A DNA stretch of 64,000 nt from a virus, in the IMG/VR virus record IMGVR_UViG_3300005281_000068, positions 16,253-80,252 of that record; one strand, written 5' to 3'. Every line of letters starts with the position of its first letter. Position 1 is the stretch's first letter. Positions 40,865-50,624 of the stretch are shown one piece after another. A program made the translations under genes and the position numbers. The notes beneath the pieces were generated by a model, which made no database searches, was not told where the DNA came from, and saw nothing but the letters and a program-made list of their open reading frames with translations.

Positions 40865-41710
40865 ATGGAAATGACAAATGAACAAAAAGAATATTTAATC
40901 GCAAAGGCCCTAGAAACAGAAGATGGCCGTGTAGCTCTTGCACAAGCAATGGCTAACCCAATCAGAATTTCACTAGACTATCAAGGTGTTGGTCGTAAAT
41001 TACTAGTTGTTGACCCACTACCTCAAGGTGCACTACCTGTTTATGATAAAGATGTTGATGCTAAAGCATTCGTACTTTCTAAACGTGGTCAAGTACCTGA
41101 TCAAGTAATCGAAGCTGACAGAATCCAAGTTCCTACTTTTGAAATCGTTTCTTACCCACAAGTAAGATTCTCTCAAGTTAAAGAACGTAGATTCAATGTT
41201 ATTGACCGTGCTCAACAAAGAGCAAAATCTGACATCATGGCTGTTGAGGATGCTGAAATTTTCAATCTAATTGATGCAGCTTCTACTTCAGTTAATGCTG
41301 TTACTATTTCAACTGGTGGTCTAACTCGCGAAGCTCTTACTAAAGCTTTCCAAGAAGTTGAAAAACATGACTTGGTTGTTACTAAAATTGTTATGAATGC
41401 TTCAGCTTTTGCTGATATCCGTGTATGGGGACAAAACGAAATGGACCCTGTAACTCAACACGAAGTACTTCAAACTGGTTTGTTTGGACACCTTTGGACT
41501 GCAGATATCCTAATCTCCAAAAAAGTTCCAATGAATACAGTTTACGTACTTGCAGACTCTGAGTTCGTAGGTGTTATGCCTATTAGACAAGATATCCAAG
41601 TCATCCCAGCGGACCGCCCAGAGGAACTTCGTCTTGGTTGGGTAATTTACGAAGAAATTGGTTTGGCTGTAGTAAACTCACTAGCAATTTCAAAAATTAC
41701 TATTCAGTAA
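40865..41710 (+). CDS. major capsid protein (HK97 fold, phage G-like)
   Basis: 281 aa; GRVALAQAMANPIR..LDYQGVGRKLL; strongly biased codons (CGT, ATC, TTC); GGAGGTG RBS; terminator follows. Confidence 0.88.
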   Translation: MEMTNEQKEYLIAKALETEDGRVALAQAMANPIRISLDYQGVGRKLLVVDPLPQGALPVYDKDVDAKAFVLSKRGQVPDQVIEADRIQVPTFEIVSYPQVRFSQVKERRFNVIDRAQQRAKSDIMAVEDAEIFNLIDAASTSVNAVTISTGGLTREALTKAFQEVEKHDLVVTKIVMNASAFADIRVWGQNEMDPVTQHEVLQTGLFGHLWTADILISKKVPMNTVYVLADSEFVGVMPIRQDIQVIPADRPEELRLGWVIYEEIGLAVVNSLAISKITIQ

Positions 41711-41722
41711 TTAATATAGAAG

Positions 41723-41753
41723 AAAAAGAGTGGAGAAATTCACTCTTTTTTTT
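41723..41753 (+). terminator. Rho-independent terminator after MCP
   Basis: AAAAAGAGTGGA-GAAA-TTCACTCTTTTT. Confidence 0.8.
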
Positions 41754-41792
41754 GTTTAAAATATTAAAATAAAATGATAAAATACAATTGAG

Positions 41793-42722
41793 GTGATAAT
41801 GTTGATTTGTCCAATTTGTAATAAACAACTAAGAAGTAAAAGTCTAAAAAGACATTTAGGGCTAATGAAGGATGAAAAACATAAAAATTTATATGAAGAG
41901 CAAAAGAAAATAGCTATTGAATTATTTAATGATTGGTCTTTTACTCCATCTAGTGATGTAGAAAAATATAATTTATTATTTAATTATAAAGATTGTAAAG
42001 CACTTTGGTCAAATGTATATAGCGAAAAAGAAAGAAAATCCAGAGGAGATTATTTAAAAAAGCATGTAGCTTGGAATAAAGGTTTATCTGTAAACAATAA
42101 TGAAAAAATGCGTCAACTACAAAATAAAAGAAACATTACTATGTCAAAAGTATTAAAAGAAAAATATGAAAATGGAGAAATGAAAGCTTGGAAAAAAGGT
42201 TTAACAAAAGAAAATAATAAAAAAGTAAAAAAAGCAGCAGAAAAATTATCTAAAACAATGTCGGGAATAATTCCTTGTAGTTATGGTATTTCGGGTATTA
42301 GAAAAGATATTGGACATCATGCAGCAAGTACATATGAAGCGAATATATATAGAATTTTACAATATCATAATGTTGATTACTTATACGAATTTGATAATGT
42401 AAAAGAAATTATTTATCCAAACGGAGAAGTAAGATGTTATAGAATAGATATTAAAGATGTTGATGGTTTTTTTGGAGTAAAAGGTGCATATATTGAAGTT
42501 AAAGGTTTTTTTAATCAAAGAGATAGAATGAAAGTAAAATTATTTAGAGAGCAATATCCAAATGAAAAATTATTTTTAATTGGTTATGGAGATAAGAGAG
42601 AAAAATATTATTGGGAACCCGATATTGATTATGCTGAATTAGAAAAGAAATATAAACCATTAATAAGTTTGTGGGAAGATAAAAATCGAAATTTAAGAAC
42701 ACATCCAGAATTATATAGTTAG
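41793..42722 (+). CDS. free-standing homing-endonuclease-like protein (Zn finger, NUMOD3-like repeats, PD-(D/E)XK)
   Basis: CPIC...H...H; AWNKGL and AWKKGLTKE; STYEAN...YE...YRIDI...YIEVKG. Confidence 0.7.
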   Translation: MIMLICPICNKQLRSKSLKRHLGLMKDEKHKNLYEEQKKIAIELFNDWSFTPSSDVEKYNLLFNYKDCKALWSNVYSEKERKSRGDYLKKHVAWNKGLSVNNNEKMRQLQNKRNITMSKVLKEKYENGEMKAWKKGLTKENNKKVKKAAEKLSKTMSGIIPCSYGISGIRKDIGHHAASTYEANIYRILQYHNVDYLYEFDNVKEIIYPNGEVRCYRIDIKDVDGFFGVKGAYIEVKGFFNQRDRMKVKLFREQYPNEKLFLIGYGDKREKYYWEPDIDYAELEKKYKPLISLWEDKNRNLRTHPELYS

Positions 42723-42736
42723 CAAGGTGTGATTAA

Positions 42737-42964
42737 ATGTCTAAAGTAAAATGGCATTTACCTGGTGAGAGGTTTATGTATTATGGAGAAGATAATGAAA
42801 GTTTTACTAATGGAAAATATTATAGGGTTGTTAATGTAGGAAATCATTGGTTTAAAAAATTAGGTAAAGTGGTATGGTTTACGAATAATAATTATGATGG
42901 TGACGATGAAGATTATTGTACTTCTGTTAGTTTAAGCTATCTAAATAAATATTTTTATAAATAG
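42737..42964 (+). CDS. hypothetical protein
   Basis: AAGGTG RBS, 75 aa. Confidence 0.55.
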   Translation: MSKVKWHLPGERFMYYGEDNESFTNGKYYRVVNVGNHWFKKLGKVVWFTNNNYDGDDEDYCTSVSLSYLNKYFYK

Positions 42965-42998
42965 AAAATTTTTTATATAAAATGAGGGGGGGTATACG

Positions 42999-43418
42999 AT
43001 GGGATTAGATATGTATTTGTTTTCAACTTCAAAAGATAATGTTGTTTTTGTAAAAGGCACTAATTTAGTTTCAGATGTGTTAGAATTTAAGAAGTTAAAT
43101 GAAGTAGGATATTGGAGAAAAGCAAATCAAATTCATAATTGGTTTGTGAAAAATGTGCAAAACAATAAAGATAATTGTGAATTATATAGTGTGAGTAAAG
43201 AAAAATTATTAGAATTAAAAGATGTTTGTTATAAGGTTATTGAAGGTTATAATCTTGAAGAAAAGTTGCTTCCAACAATTGGTGGATTTTTCTTTGGTAG
43301 TATTGATTATGATGAATATTATTATGATTATATAAGAGAGACAATAAAAATTATAGATGATATATTAAATACTATTGATTTTGATAAAAATTTCATATTG
43401 TATAATTCGTCTTGGTGA
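42999..43418 (+). CDS. conserved phage hypothetical protein
   Basis: MGLDMYL...YWRKANQIHNWF...GFFFGS..YDEYY...SSW. Confidence 0.75.
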   Translation: MGLDMYLFSTSKDNVVFVKGTNLVSDVLEFKKLNEVGYWRKANQIHNWFVKNVQNNKDNCELYSVSKEKLLELKDVCYKVIEGYNLEEKLLPTIGGFFFGSIDYDEYYYDYIRETIKIIDDILNTIDFDKNFILYNSSW

Positions 43419-43523
43419 GAGTAACTTTGTTTACTCTCTTTTTTAATTTTGTTATTATTATTGTTAAAATTGTGTTAAATTTTTATAATTATATATTTAA
43501 TAATTAGAAGAAGGAATGATTAC

Positions 43524-43877
43524 ATGGATAAATCATATTCATCCTTAAAAGAATTAACTGAGAGATGGGAAGAGTTTGTAGATATTTATCATGGAACTTA
43601 TATGACTTATGATTTAGCTGTAAAAATGATAAAAGAAATAATTGAAATTTTATTTGAAGACGTTGATGAAAATTGTTTTGAACATGATGAAGATAATAAG
43701 ATTTTAATTATACATTCACCATATGGGGATGTTAAATTAATTAACGATGATAATATTATTTTTGTTGAATGTTCAAAAGATTTTAATATTAAATATAAAG
43801 AAATTATTGATGAGATGAATGAAATAAAGAAAACTATTAATGAACTTATTGAAAAAATAGATAAGGAGATTATATAG
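43524..43877 (+). CDS. hypothetical protein
   Basis: GAAGGA RBS, 117 aa. Confidence 0.6.
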   Translation: MDKSYSSLKELTERWEEFVDIYHGTYMTYDLAVKMIKEIIEILFEDVDENCFEHDEDNKILIIHSPYGDVKLINDDNIIFVECSKDFNIKYKEIIDEMNEIKKTINELIEKIDKEII

Positions 43878-43879
43878 TT

Positions 43880-44203
43880 ATGAGTGTTGATAGAAGTGAT
43901 TTTGTGGTAATAGGATATAATTTAGATTGCAAATATTATAATGAAGATATTTATGATCAATTTTATGATATTAAAGTTGGAGAAATATCTCATATATTTG
44001 ATTGGATGAATGGAGAGTATTATATAGTAGGAATTCCTTTGGTATATGATATAAAAAGTTATAATGGAATTCCGTTGACTGAATTTGATAGTGATTGGGT
44101 AAAAAAATATGAATCATATTTTAAATTAGTAAAAGAACATATAAAAGAATATTTTGATTTAGAAGTAGAACCTAAGATTTTGGTGTTTTCACATTATACT
44201 TAA
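43880..44203 (+). CDS. hypothetical protein
   Basis: AAGGAG RBS, 107 aa. Confidence 0.6.
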   Translation: MSVDRSDFVVIGYNLDCKYYNEDIYDQFYDIKVGEISHIFDWMNGEYYIVGIPLVYDIKSYNGIPLTEFDSDWVKKYESYFKLVKEHIKEYFDLEVEPKILVFSHYT

Positions 44204-44204
44204 G

Positions 44205-44483
44205 GTGATAAATATGATTAATAAATTTAAAATTGGAGATTGGGTTATAGTCGATGATTATGGAGAAGAAGCAGTAGGTTATATTGTTGAAGATGATTTT
44301 GATATTTTTGTTGTTCAAGGAGTAAGACCTGAAAAATTTAGAAGATCTTATTTTAAAAGAGAAATGAGATTGTTAGAACCTTATTTAAGTGATGAAGATA
44401 TTAATACTATGATTGATTTAGCTTTAGATTTGATGGATGAAGTTTGGTTTAATGAATTAGTGACAAGAAATAAAAAATGTTAA
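44205..44483 (+). CDS. IDEAL-domain protein
   Basis: FKIGDWV N-terminus; IDLALDLMDEVWFNEL. Confidence 0.75.
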   Translation: MINMINKFKIGDWVIVDDYGEEAVGYIVEDDFDIFVVQGVRPEKFRRSYFKREMRLLEPYLSDEDINTMIDLALDLMDEVWFNELVTRNKKC

Positions 44484-44560
44484 TAGATTTTTGCTTTTGG
44501 TAAAATAATATTTAATCAGTTAAATATTATATAGTTAAAAGCGGAAAAAGGGTGATATGA

Positions 44561-44977
44561 TTGAAAAGATTAATTAGAAAAGCTGCTAGCAGACTTTGCA
44601 ATAAAGTGTATGATTATTTAAAGGAGAATTATCCTGAAGATACTATTCAATGGGTAAAACAAGCAGATTGGGAATTAAAGAAAATATCTTTAATGAAAAT
44701 TAATATGTCTAAAAGACCTGGCGGGAGAAATATGAATAAAGTTAGAGCTATCGCTGCTGCTATAGAAAATGGAGAAAAAATGGATCCAATTGTATTAGTA
44801 GAACAATCTAATGATAAATATAAGATAGCAGATGGTTATCACAGAACTTTAGCATATAAACATGCTGGTAAGACGTATATTTATGCTTATATAGCTTCTG
44901 GGGTAGGAAATGAAGGACCTTGGGATATAGAGATGCATGAAAGAAAATTAAATAAAGATGAAGAAGAAAAAAAATAA
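44561..44977 (+). CDS. ParB/Srx-like domain protein with basic N-terminal motif
   Basis: DPIVLV...YKIADGYHRTLA; MKRLIRKAAS. Confidence 0.75.
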   Translation: MKRLIRKAASRLCNKVYDYLKENYPEDTIQWVKQADWELKKISLMKINMSKRPGGRNMNKVRAIAAAIENGEKMDPIVLVEQSNDKYKIADGYHRTLAYKHAGKTYIYAYIASGVGNEGPWDIEMHERKLNKDEEEKK

Positions 44978-45049
44978 AAAGAAATAATAATGTACAACCT
45001 TCTATAGATATGTTATAATAAAATTATACATATTGTAGGAGGTTTTTTA

Positions 45050-46550
45050 ACAGAATCATCGACAGAAGACCCCCACTTCCATAAGTGGGGGATGAATCGG
45101 TCGGTTTTGTTTAAAAAAATCAAAATACTCTTGAATGGATGGTAGTCTTTGTCATATCCTAATAAAGAGGAGGTGAAATCATGAATGAAGTGACGATTAC
45201 CATTAAATTGCCATTATTCGAACCTACCAAAGCGAAACAAGAGATGTACAAAACGATGAGAAGTGATTTTTCAAGGCTCTTAAATCGAACATTAGAAATC
45301 AAGCAAACAAATCCGAAAATCACTGCCACCGCCATTGATAAATGTTTAAAACAGGATAGTATTCTTCCAACCACGACCCAACAAGAAGCAAGAAAACTCG
45401 CCTTAAGTCGATATGATGATTGGAAAAAGAATCAAAAAACAAAAAGTTTTCCTCGTTTTAAGGAAAAACAAACGATTCTCTTTAACAATCAAAATTGGCA
45501 TTTACGATATGATAACAGGTATCTAAAACTCGGAATCCCCACCATCGAAGGAAGATTGACGTTAGAAAAATATGTCCCTGTTCGAACGAACGAATATACG
45601 TCATTTTGGGTTCATTTTTTGTTGAACGGAGAAATGGATAAAACCAATAAGTATTATGCCCCGTCCTTTGAGAATATTGTTGGCATCAAAAAGGGAAACG
45701 GTCAACTGTATGAAAAGAAAAAACGTTGGTATTTTGCTTTTTCGATTACGTTGACCGTAAAAGAAGAGGAAAATACAAGTGAAACCGAAAAAACAGTCGG
45801 TGTTGACCGCGGTCTTCGCGTGATTGCCGTGGCAGGATGTGGACAAACCGGGGAATATGAAATCTATAACGGTCGACACCTCGGTCACATTCGCAGAAAA
45901 TACCACCGTTTACGAAAAAACCTTCAAAAAGCGAAGAATAGGAAAGCGTTAAAACGACTCGAAAACAAAGAACAACGAATCATCGATTATTGGAATCATG
46001 TCATCAGCAAAAAAATTATCCGATTTGCCGAGCAAATCGGAGCAAAAATCATCAAACTAGAAGATTTAAGCGGTATTCGAAAAATGAAAAAACATTGGAA
46101 ACGAAGTGATAGAAACATTCATTCGTGGGCGTTTTACGATTTAGAAACGAAAATTAAATACAAAGCAAAGTTAAAAGGGTTGAAAGTCGAATATGTCGAC
46201 CCGTATAAAACGAGCCAAGAATGTTTCCAATGTGGAAAAGTCAAAAAGACGAATCGAAGAGGACCGTTATACCAATGCTCGTGTGGGTACAAAAAACAGG
46301 CGGATGTGAACGCCAGTTTTGTCATCAGCACACAACCATCCATTGCGGGGTAACCCGCTGACAGGGATTCTATGCCCTTGTCAAGGCACATGACCGTGCT
46401 GGACACCTAGCCGATGAGGTCGAACCGTTTGGAAGTCCTAGACTTCAGGCGGATGAGACGGAGGTAACGGTAACCGATGAACCTGCTTCACCGAAGGTGA
46501 AATGTGGGAATCCCCCACTTCCACCGTAGGTAAGTGTGGGAGGAGGTCAT
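45050..46550 (+). mobile_element. IS200/IS605-family element (tnpB only); ends approximate
   Basis: Left hairpin CCCCCACTT-CCAT-AAGTGGGGG, related right hairpin CCCCCACTT...AAGTGTGGG ending GAGGTCA; GC clearly above flanks. Confidence 0.85.
45181..46353 (+). CDS. tnpB: TnpB RNA-guided endonuclease
   Basis: RuvC GVDRG, LEDL, ADVNAS; TSQECFQCG...CSCG zinc finger. Confidence 0.93.
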   Translation: MNEVTITIKLPLFEPTKAKQEMYKTMRSDFSRLLNRTLEIKQTNPKITATAIDKCLKQDSILPTTTQQEARKLALSRYDDWKKNQKTKSFPRFKEKQTILFNNQNWHLRYDNRYLKLGIPTIEGRLTLEKYVPVRTNEYTSFWVHFLLNGEMDKTNKYYAPSFENIVGIKKGNGQLYEKKKRWYFAFSITLTVKEEENTSETEKTVGVDRGLRVIAVAGCGQTGEYEIYNGRHLGHIRRKYHRLRKNLQKAKNRKALKRLENKEQRIIDYWNHVISKKIIRFAEQIGAKIIKLEDLSGIRKMKKHWKRSDRNIHSWAFYDLETKIKYKAKLKGLKVEYVDPYKTSQECFQCGKVKKTNRRGPLYQCSCGYKKQADVNASFVISTQPSIAG

Positions 46551-46696
46551 TAATAAGGAAGGATATAAATGATATTAGTATAATATTTTATATAATTGTG
46601 TTTCTTATTATTTATTGGGAAGAAAAACAAAAACTATTATTATTTTTGTTTTAATATTAAATATCTTATTAAAGAATAATTATTTTGGAGGTATTT

Positions 46697-46966
46697 ATGA
46701 ATAATAATTTATTGGTTTACACTGAAAATGAACTTCCAGACAATATTGAAATTCTCATAAAGAAAGGCATTAAGGATTCTTATGAAATTGATAAATTTGT
46801 AGATGAAGATGATAAAAAGTTTAAATTTTTATTTGATGATGAAACTAATTGTGACATTTTTATTGAAAGAATATCAAATAATGAAATATTAATTAGTGGT
46901 TTTTTAGCTTGGCAAGTAATTGAAATTTATAGTTTAGTGGAAAGGATAGTAAATCATGAAGATTAA
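46697..46966 (+). CDS. hypothetical protein
   Basis: GGAGG RBS before MNNNLL. Confidence 0.6.
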   Translation: MNNNLLVYTENELPDNIEILIKKGIKDSYEIDKFVDEDDKKFKFLFDDETNCDIFIERISNNEILISGFLAWQVIEIYSLVERIVNHED

Positions 46967-47309
46967 TTGGGGGAAAAAAAGTAAAAATAATATTTTTGTT
47001 AATGGTAAAGCTTATTCTGTTAATGGAAATAACATTAGTATAATTAATAATAAAGTTTATGTTGATGGAAAAGAGATTAATACCGATGAAAAATTAAGTG
47101 GAGAGATTACAATTAGATTTGAAGGAGATTTAGCTAATCTTCAGTGCGATTGTCCAGTTATAATTAATGGAAACGTAAAAGGCGATGTTGATTCTAAAGG
47201 AAGTATTAACTGCGAAAACGTATACGGTAATTTAAAATCTTATGGTAGTGTTAATTGCAGGGATGTACATGGAGATTTAACTGCTTATGGTAGCGTGCAC
47301 AAAAGTTAA
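46956..47309 (+). CDS. hypothetical beta-solenoid-like protein
   Basis: Repeats GNVKGDVDSKGSINC / NVYGNLKSYGSVNC / DVHGDLTAYGSV. Confidence 0.65.
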   Translation: MKINWGKKSKNNIFVNGKAYSVNGNNISIINNKVYVDGKEINTDEKLSGEITIRFEGDLANLQCDCPVIINGNVKGDVDSKGSINCENVYGNLKSYGSVNCRDVHGDLTAYGSVHKS

Positions 47310-47421
47310 ATTGAGGTGATTTTATGAAATTTTTATTTGGTTTAGTTAGTTTTGGATTGATTAGTGCTGCAGTAATTTTAATTATGATAAGAACATTTAA
47401 TTATATGAAAAATAAGAAATA

Positions 47422-47451
47422 AAAAAAAGGAATGTATATACATTCCTTTTT
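47422..47451. terminator. bidirectional terminator between convergent genes
   Basis: AAAAAGGAATGTA/TACATTCCTTTTT. Confidence 0.7.
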
Positions 47452-47478
47452 ATAATATATATGTGAATTTGGAGGGCT

Positions 47479-48054
47479 TTAGTGTTTAATTGGTTTTTTA
47501 ATAACTTTTCGGGGTTGAACATTATTTAAATCAATGTCTTGATTTTCTTTGAAGTTGATTTCAATTTTAAATTCATCATTTTTATCATCTTCTTCAAAAA
47601 TTTTACCATTTAGACCATTTTCAATATCTTCTAAAATTTCGTTTTCTAACTGCGGAGGAGTTATAACGGTAAATGCTTCATTTTCAACTAGTTCTTTAAT
47701 TGCATCGTTTTTAATTGATATATCTTTGTTTTGTAAAAGATTGATTATATATTCTCTTACTATATCTTTTTCTGATTCACCATATGTTTTAGTGGCAATA
47801 GATGGATTTGTGCCGAATTTAGCTGTAAATTCAATATCATCTAATCTTTCTTTATTATTAATTATTTCGTTTAATAAATGGTCATAATAATAACATTGTT
47901 TTTCATTAAGATTGTTTTTCTTTTTGAAGAAAGACTGAAGTATTTCTCTAACAACAGCCGATGCTGTCATATCTTGTTCATCAGCTAAATTTTCAAGACA
48001 ATTTTTTAATTCTTGATCTATTTTGATGTTTAGTATAACATCATATTTCGCCAT
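47479..48054 (-). CDS. ribbon-helix-helix (CopG-like) DNA-binding protein
   Basis: VILNIKIDQELKNCLENLADEQDMTASAVVREIL; AAGGGGAA RBS on - strand. Confidence 0.75.
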   Translation of the reverse strand: MAKYDVILNIKIDQELKNCLENLADEQDMTASAVVREILQSFFKKKNNLNEKQCYYYDHLLNEIINNKERLDDIEFTAKFGTNPSIATKTYGESEKDIVREYIINLLQNKDISIKNDAIKELVENEAFTVITPPQLENEILEDIENGLNGKIFEEDDKNDEFKIEINFKENQDIDLNNVQPRKVIKKPIKH

Positions 48055-48178
48055 TGAACTTCCCCTTTTCTTTTGTTCTCATGACTATAATACTTTAAGA
48101 ATTCAAAAATATTACCTTTGTAATATTTTTTGTATATTTTTTTTCAAAAAAAATATAAGATAATATCGGGGTGAAAAT

Positions 48179-48580
48179 ATGAATAAGCCCGGTTCACATA
48201 GAAGTTCTCATGAAGTTAAGAAAAAATGGAAAAGAGAAAGCAAAATGAGTAAAAAAGTCAATCAATCGTTTGTAGGCATACCACATCAAGACTTTATAAA
48301 TAAAATAATCTACAAAGCAGAGAATGTAGGAATTAAAGTAATAATCACAGAAGAAAGCTATACAAGTGGAACATCATTTTTAGATGGTGAGTTACCAATA
48401 AAAGAGAATTATAATAAGAGCAGAAGAATATTTAGAGGATTATTTAGAAGCAATAAAGGTAAATTGATTAATGCAGATTTAAATGCTTCTTATCAAATAA
48501 TAAGAAAAGTATTTCCTGAAGCATTTGCAGAGGGAATAGAGGGTGTGGGGTTACACCCAGTCAAGCTAAATGTGGCTTGA
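48179..48580 (+). pseudogene. tnpB: 5'-truncated tnpB (C-terminal third)
   Basis: EESYTSGTSFLDGE...NADLNASYQI...GLHPVKLNVA, paralogous to 12570-13769; RuvC-I absent. Confidence 0.85.
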
Positions 48581-48646
48581 CGAAGAATAATGTTTAATGA
48601 AGGATTTTAATATTTTTGAATAAATTAAACATTATTCATAACCTAA
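48545..48646 (+). repeat. TnpB 3' end/omegaRNA scaffold, copy 2
   Basis: Identical to 13734-13835. Confidence 0.85.
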
Positions 48647-48778
48647 TTGATACAAATCAACATAACTCTTTTTATAATTTAGAATTAAAAAAAATAGAAA
48701 AAGAGATAAAAAGATTGAGTAAAAATTATTTGTATTTTACTGAAATTTTACTTAGAAAAATATAGAGGAGATTTAAGA

Positions 48779-49930
48779 ATGACAGTAGAATTAAGACCGT
48801 TAGGAGTAAAATGCAATTTATCTTGTTCATATTGTTATCAAGAATCGGTTAGGGAAAACTCAAAGCCGAATAAATATAATGTTGAAAAAATGTTAGTTGA
48901 GGCGGAAAAAACGAATCAACCTTTTTCTTTATTCGGTGGAGAAGCTTTGTTAGTTCCAAAAAGAGATTTGAATATTTTTTTTAATAGAGGATTTGAACTT
49001 TTTGGAGTAAATAGCATTCAAACAAATGGTACACTGATAGACGATGAACATATAGAGATGTTTAAAAAATACAATGTATTTGTTGGGGTTTCAATTGATG
49101 GACCTGATGAATTAAATAGTTTGAGATTTTTTAATAGCGAAACTGAAACTCTAGCTCAAACTAAAAAAACTATAGAAAATATTTATAAATTAAGAAAAAA
49201 CAATATTGAAACAGCAGTTATTATTACTTTGCATAGAATGAATACTGATAATGGGAGAATTAATAAGTTAAAAGAGTTTATATTACAATTAAAAGAGATT
49301 GGGATTAAAAATGGTAGTATTCACTTTTTAGAAGTTGATAGTACCATGAAAGATTTTGATCAAGTTTTAACTGAAGAAGAAAATAAAAGATATTTTTTAG
49401 AGTTAGCTGAATTTTTTGAAAATTATCAAGAATTAAACTATTCTCCATTTGATGATATGAAAAAAATGGTATCTGGAAATTTTGAAAATACATCTTGTAT
49501 TTGGAATAGATGTGATTTTCTTAATACTCAATCGGTTTATGGAATTGATGGAGATGGAGGGTTATCAAACTGTGGAAGAACTAATAAAGAAGGGATAGAA
49601 TGGTATAAAGTAGATAATAATTCATACGAAAGATATATTAGTTTATACCATTTCCCTCAAGAATATGGAGGTTGTGGAGGATGTAGATTTTTTCTTCTTT
49701 GCGGCGGAGGATGTCCAGGAGAAGGTGTTGATAATGATTTAAGAAATAAAACAATTCATTGTTCGACAAAGCAATCTTTATTTGAATTTTATGAATCAAA
49801 ATTAGAAGAAAATAATATTCTTCCATTTACTAAATCCGATAAAATAAAATTATATGAACAAATTACTATTGATGGATTTATGAGAAGAGAAAATATACCT
49901 ATGGAATATATTTTAAAAGAAAGAAGATGA
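48779..49930 (+). CDS. radical SAM/SPASM enzyme 1
   Basis: CNLSCSYC, FGGEALL, QTNG, SIDGP; C..C, CGGCRFFLLCGGGCP...C. Confidence 0.93.
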   Translation: MTVELRPLGVKCNLSCSYCYQESVRENSKPNKYNVEKMLVEAEKTNQPFSLFGGEALLVPKRDLNIFFNRGFELFGVNSIQTNGTLIDDEHIEMFKKYNVFVGVSIDGPDELNSLRFFNSETETLAQTKKTIENIYKLRKNNIETAVIITLHRMNTDNGRINKLKEFILQLKEIGIKNGSIHFLEVDSTMKDFDQVLTEEENKRYFLELAEFFENYQELNYSPFDDMKKMVSGNFENTSCIWNRCDFLNTQSVYGIDGDGGLSNCGRTNKEGIEWYKVDNNSYERYISLYHFPQEYGGCGGCRFFLLCGGGCPGEGVDNDLRNKTIHCSTKQSLFEFYESKLEENNILPFTKSDKIKLYEQITIDGFMRRENIPMEYILKERR

Positions 49931-49934
49931 TAAT

Positions 49935-50624
49935 ATGAAATTTAAAACCGAAGGTTTTCCAAAAAAAATATCTGAATATATAGAATTACCCGATTTAGAA
50001 GAATTATTATTTACACCTTTTTTGATGAATGTCGACGCAGAAGAAGTTATGAAAAAAGGAACAGAATTCCAAAAATATTTATTATCTAAAACTCCTATAA
50101 CTAATACTAAAAAATATGTTACTGTTCAAATGATTGTTCAATATTTGTTTCCTCAAGTATCTTCAGTAACTAATATTAATGCTAATGATAAAGAGTGGCA
50201 TGTTGATGGAGATCAAAATGTTTTTGATTATGATGATAATATATTTCACTTGTTATTAAATGATACTGATTCAATGACAGAATTTAATACAACTCCATTT
50301 GAAACTGAAGATATAAATGCTTCAGAATTAATTAAAAAACTAAATGATGTTAATAGTTTTGAAAATAAATTATTAACTCCTAAAAAAATAGAACCAAATA
50401 AAATTATAACATTTAATAATACTCATATTCACAGAGCTAATAGATCTAAAAAGAAATGTTTCAGATTGTTCTATAGAGTTGCTGAATCTAATGCTTATTG
50501 TGGCGATCCTCAATATGGAAATTCTTTTGTTTATAATGGAAGTACTGAATCAATATTAAATATATCACAAACAATATATGGGGGAAAAGTACAAAAAATA
50601 GATATATATAAGGAGCTGCAATAA
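49935..50624 (+). CDS. 2OG-Fe(II) oxygenase-like protein 1
   Basis: WHVD...HIHRA...FRLFYRV (HxD...H triad plus Arg). Confidence 0.7.
   Translation: MKFKTEGFPKKISEYIELPDLEELLFTPFLMNVDAEEVMKKGTEFQKYLLSKTPITNTKKYVTVQMIVQYLFPQVSSVTNINANDKEWHVDGDQNVFDYDDNIFHLLLNDTDSMTEFNTTPFETEDINASELIKKLNDVNSFENKLLTPKKIEPNKIITFNNTHIHRANRSKKKCFRLFYRVAESNAYCGDPQYGNSFVYNGSTESILNISQTIYGGKVQKIDIYKELQ

Noticed and set aside
40865..41710. Encapsulin (cellular nanocompartment) call for the 281-aa shell protein
   Set aside because: Context of terminase, portal, protease and decoration gene indicates a phage major capsid protein
48179..48220. SHRSSH at the start of the truncated tnpB as a His-Xaa-Ser precursor for the rSAMs
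   Set aside because: Single short occurrence fused to a TnpB fragment; the HxN protein is a far better substrate candidate
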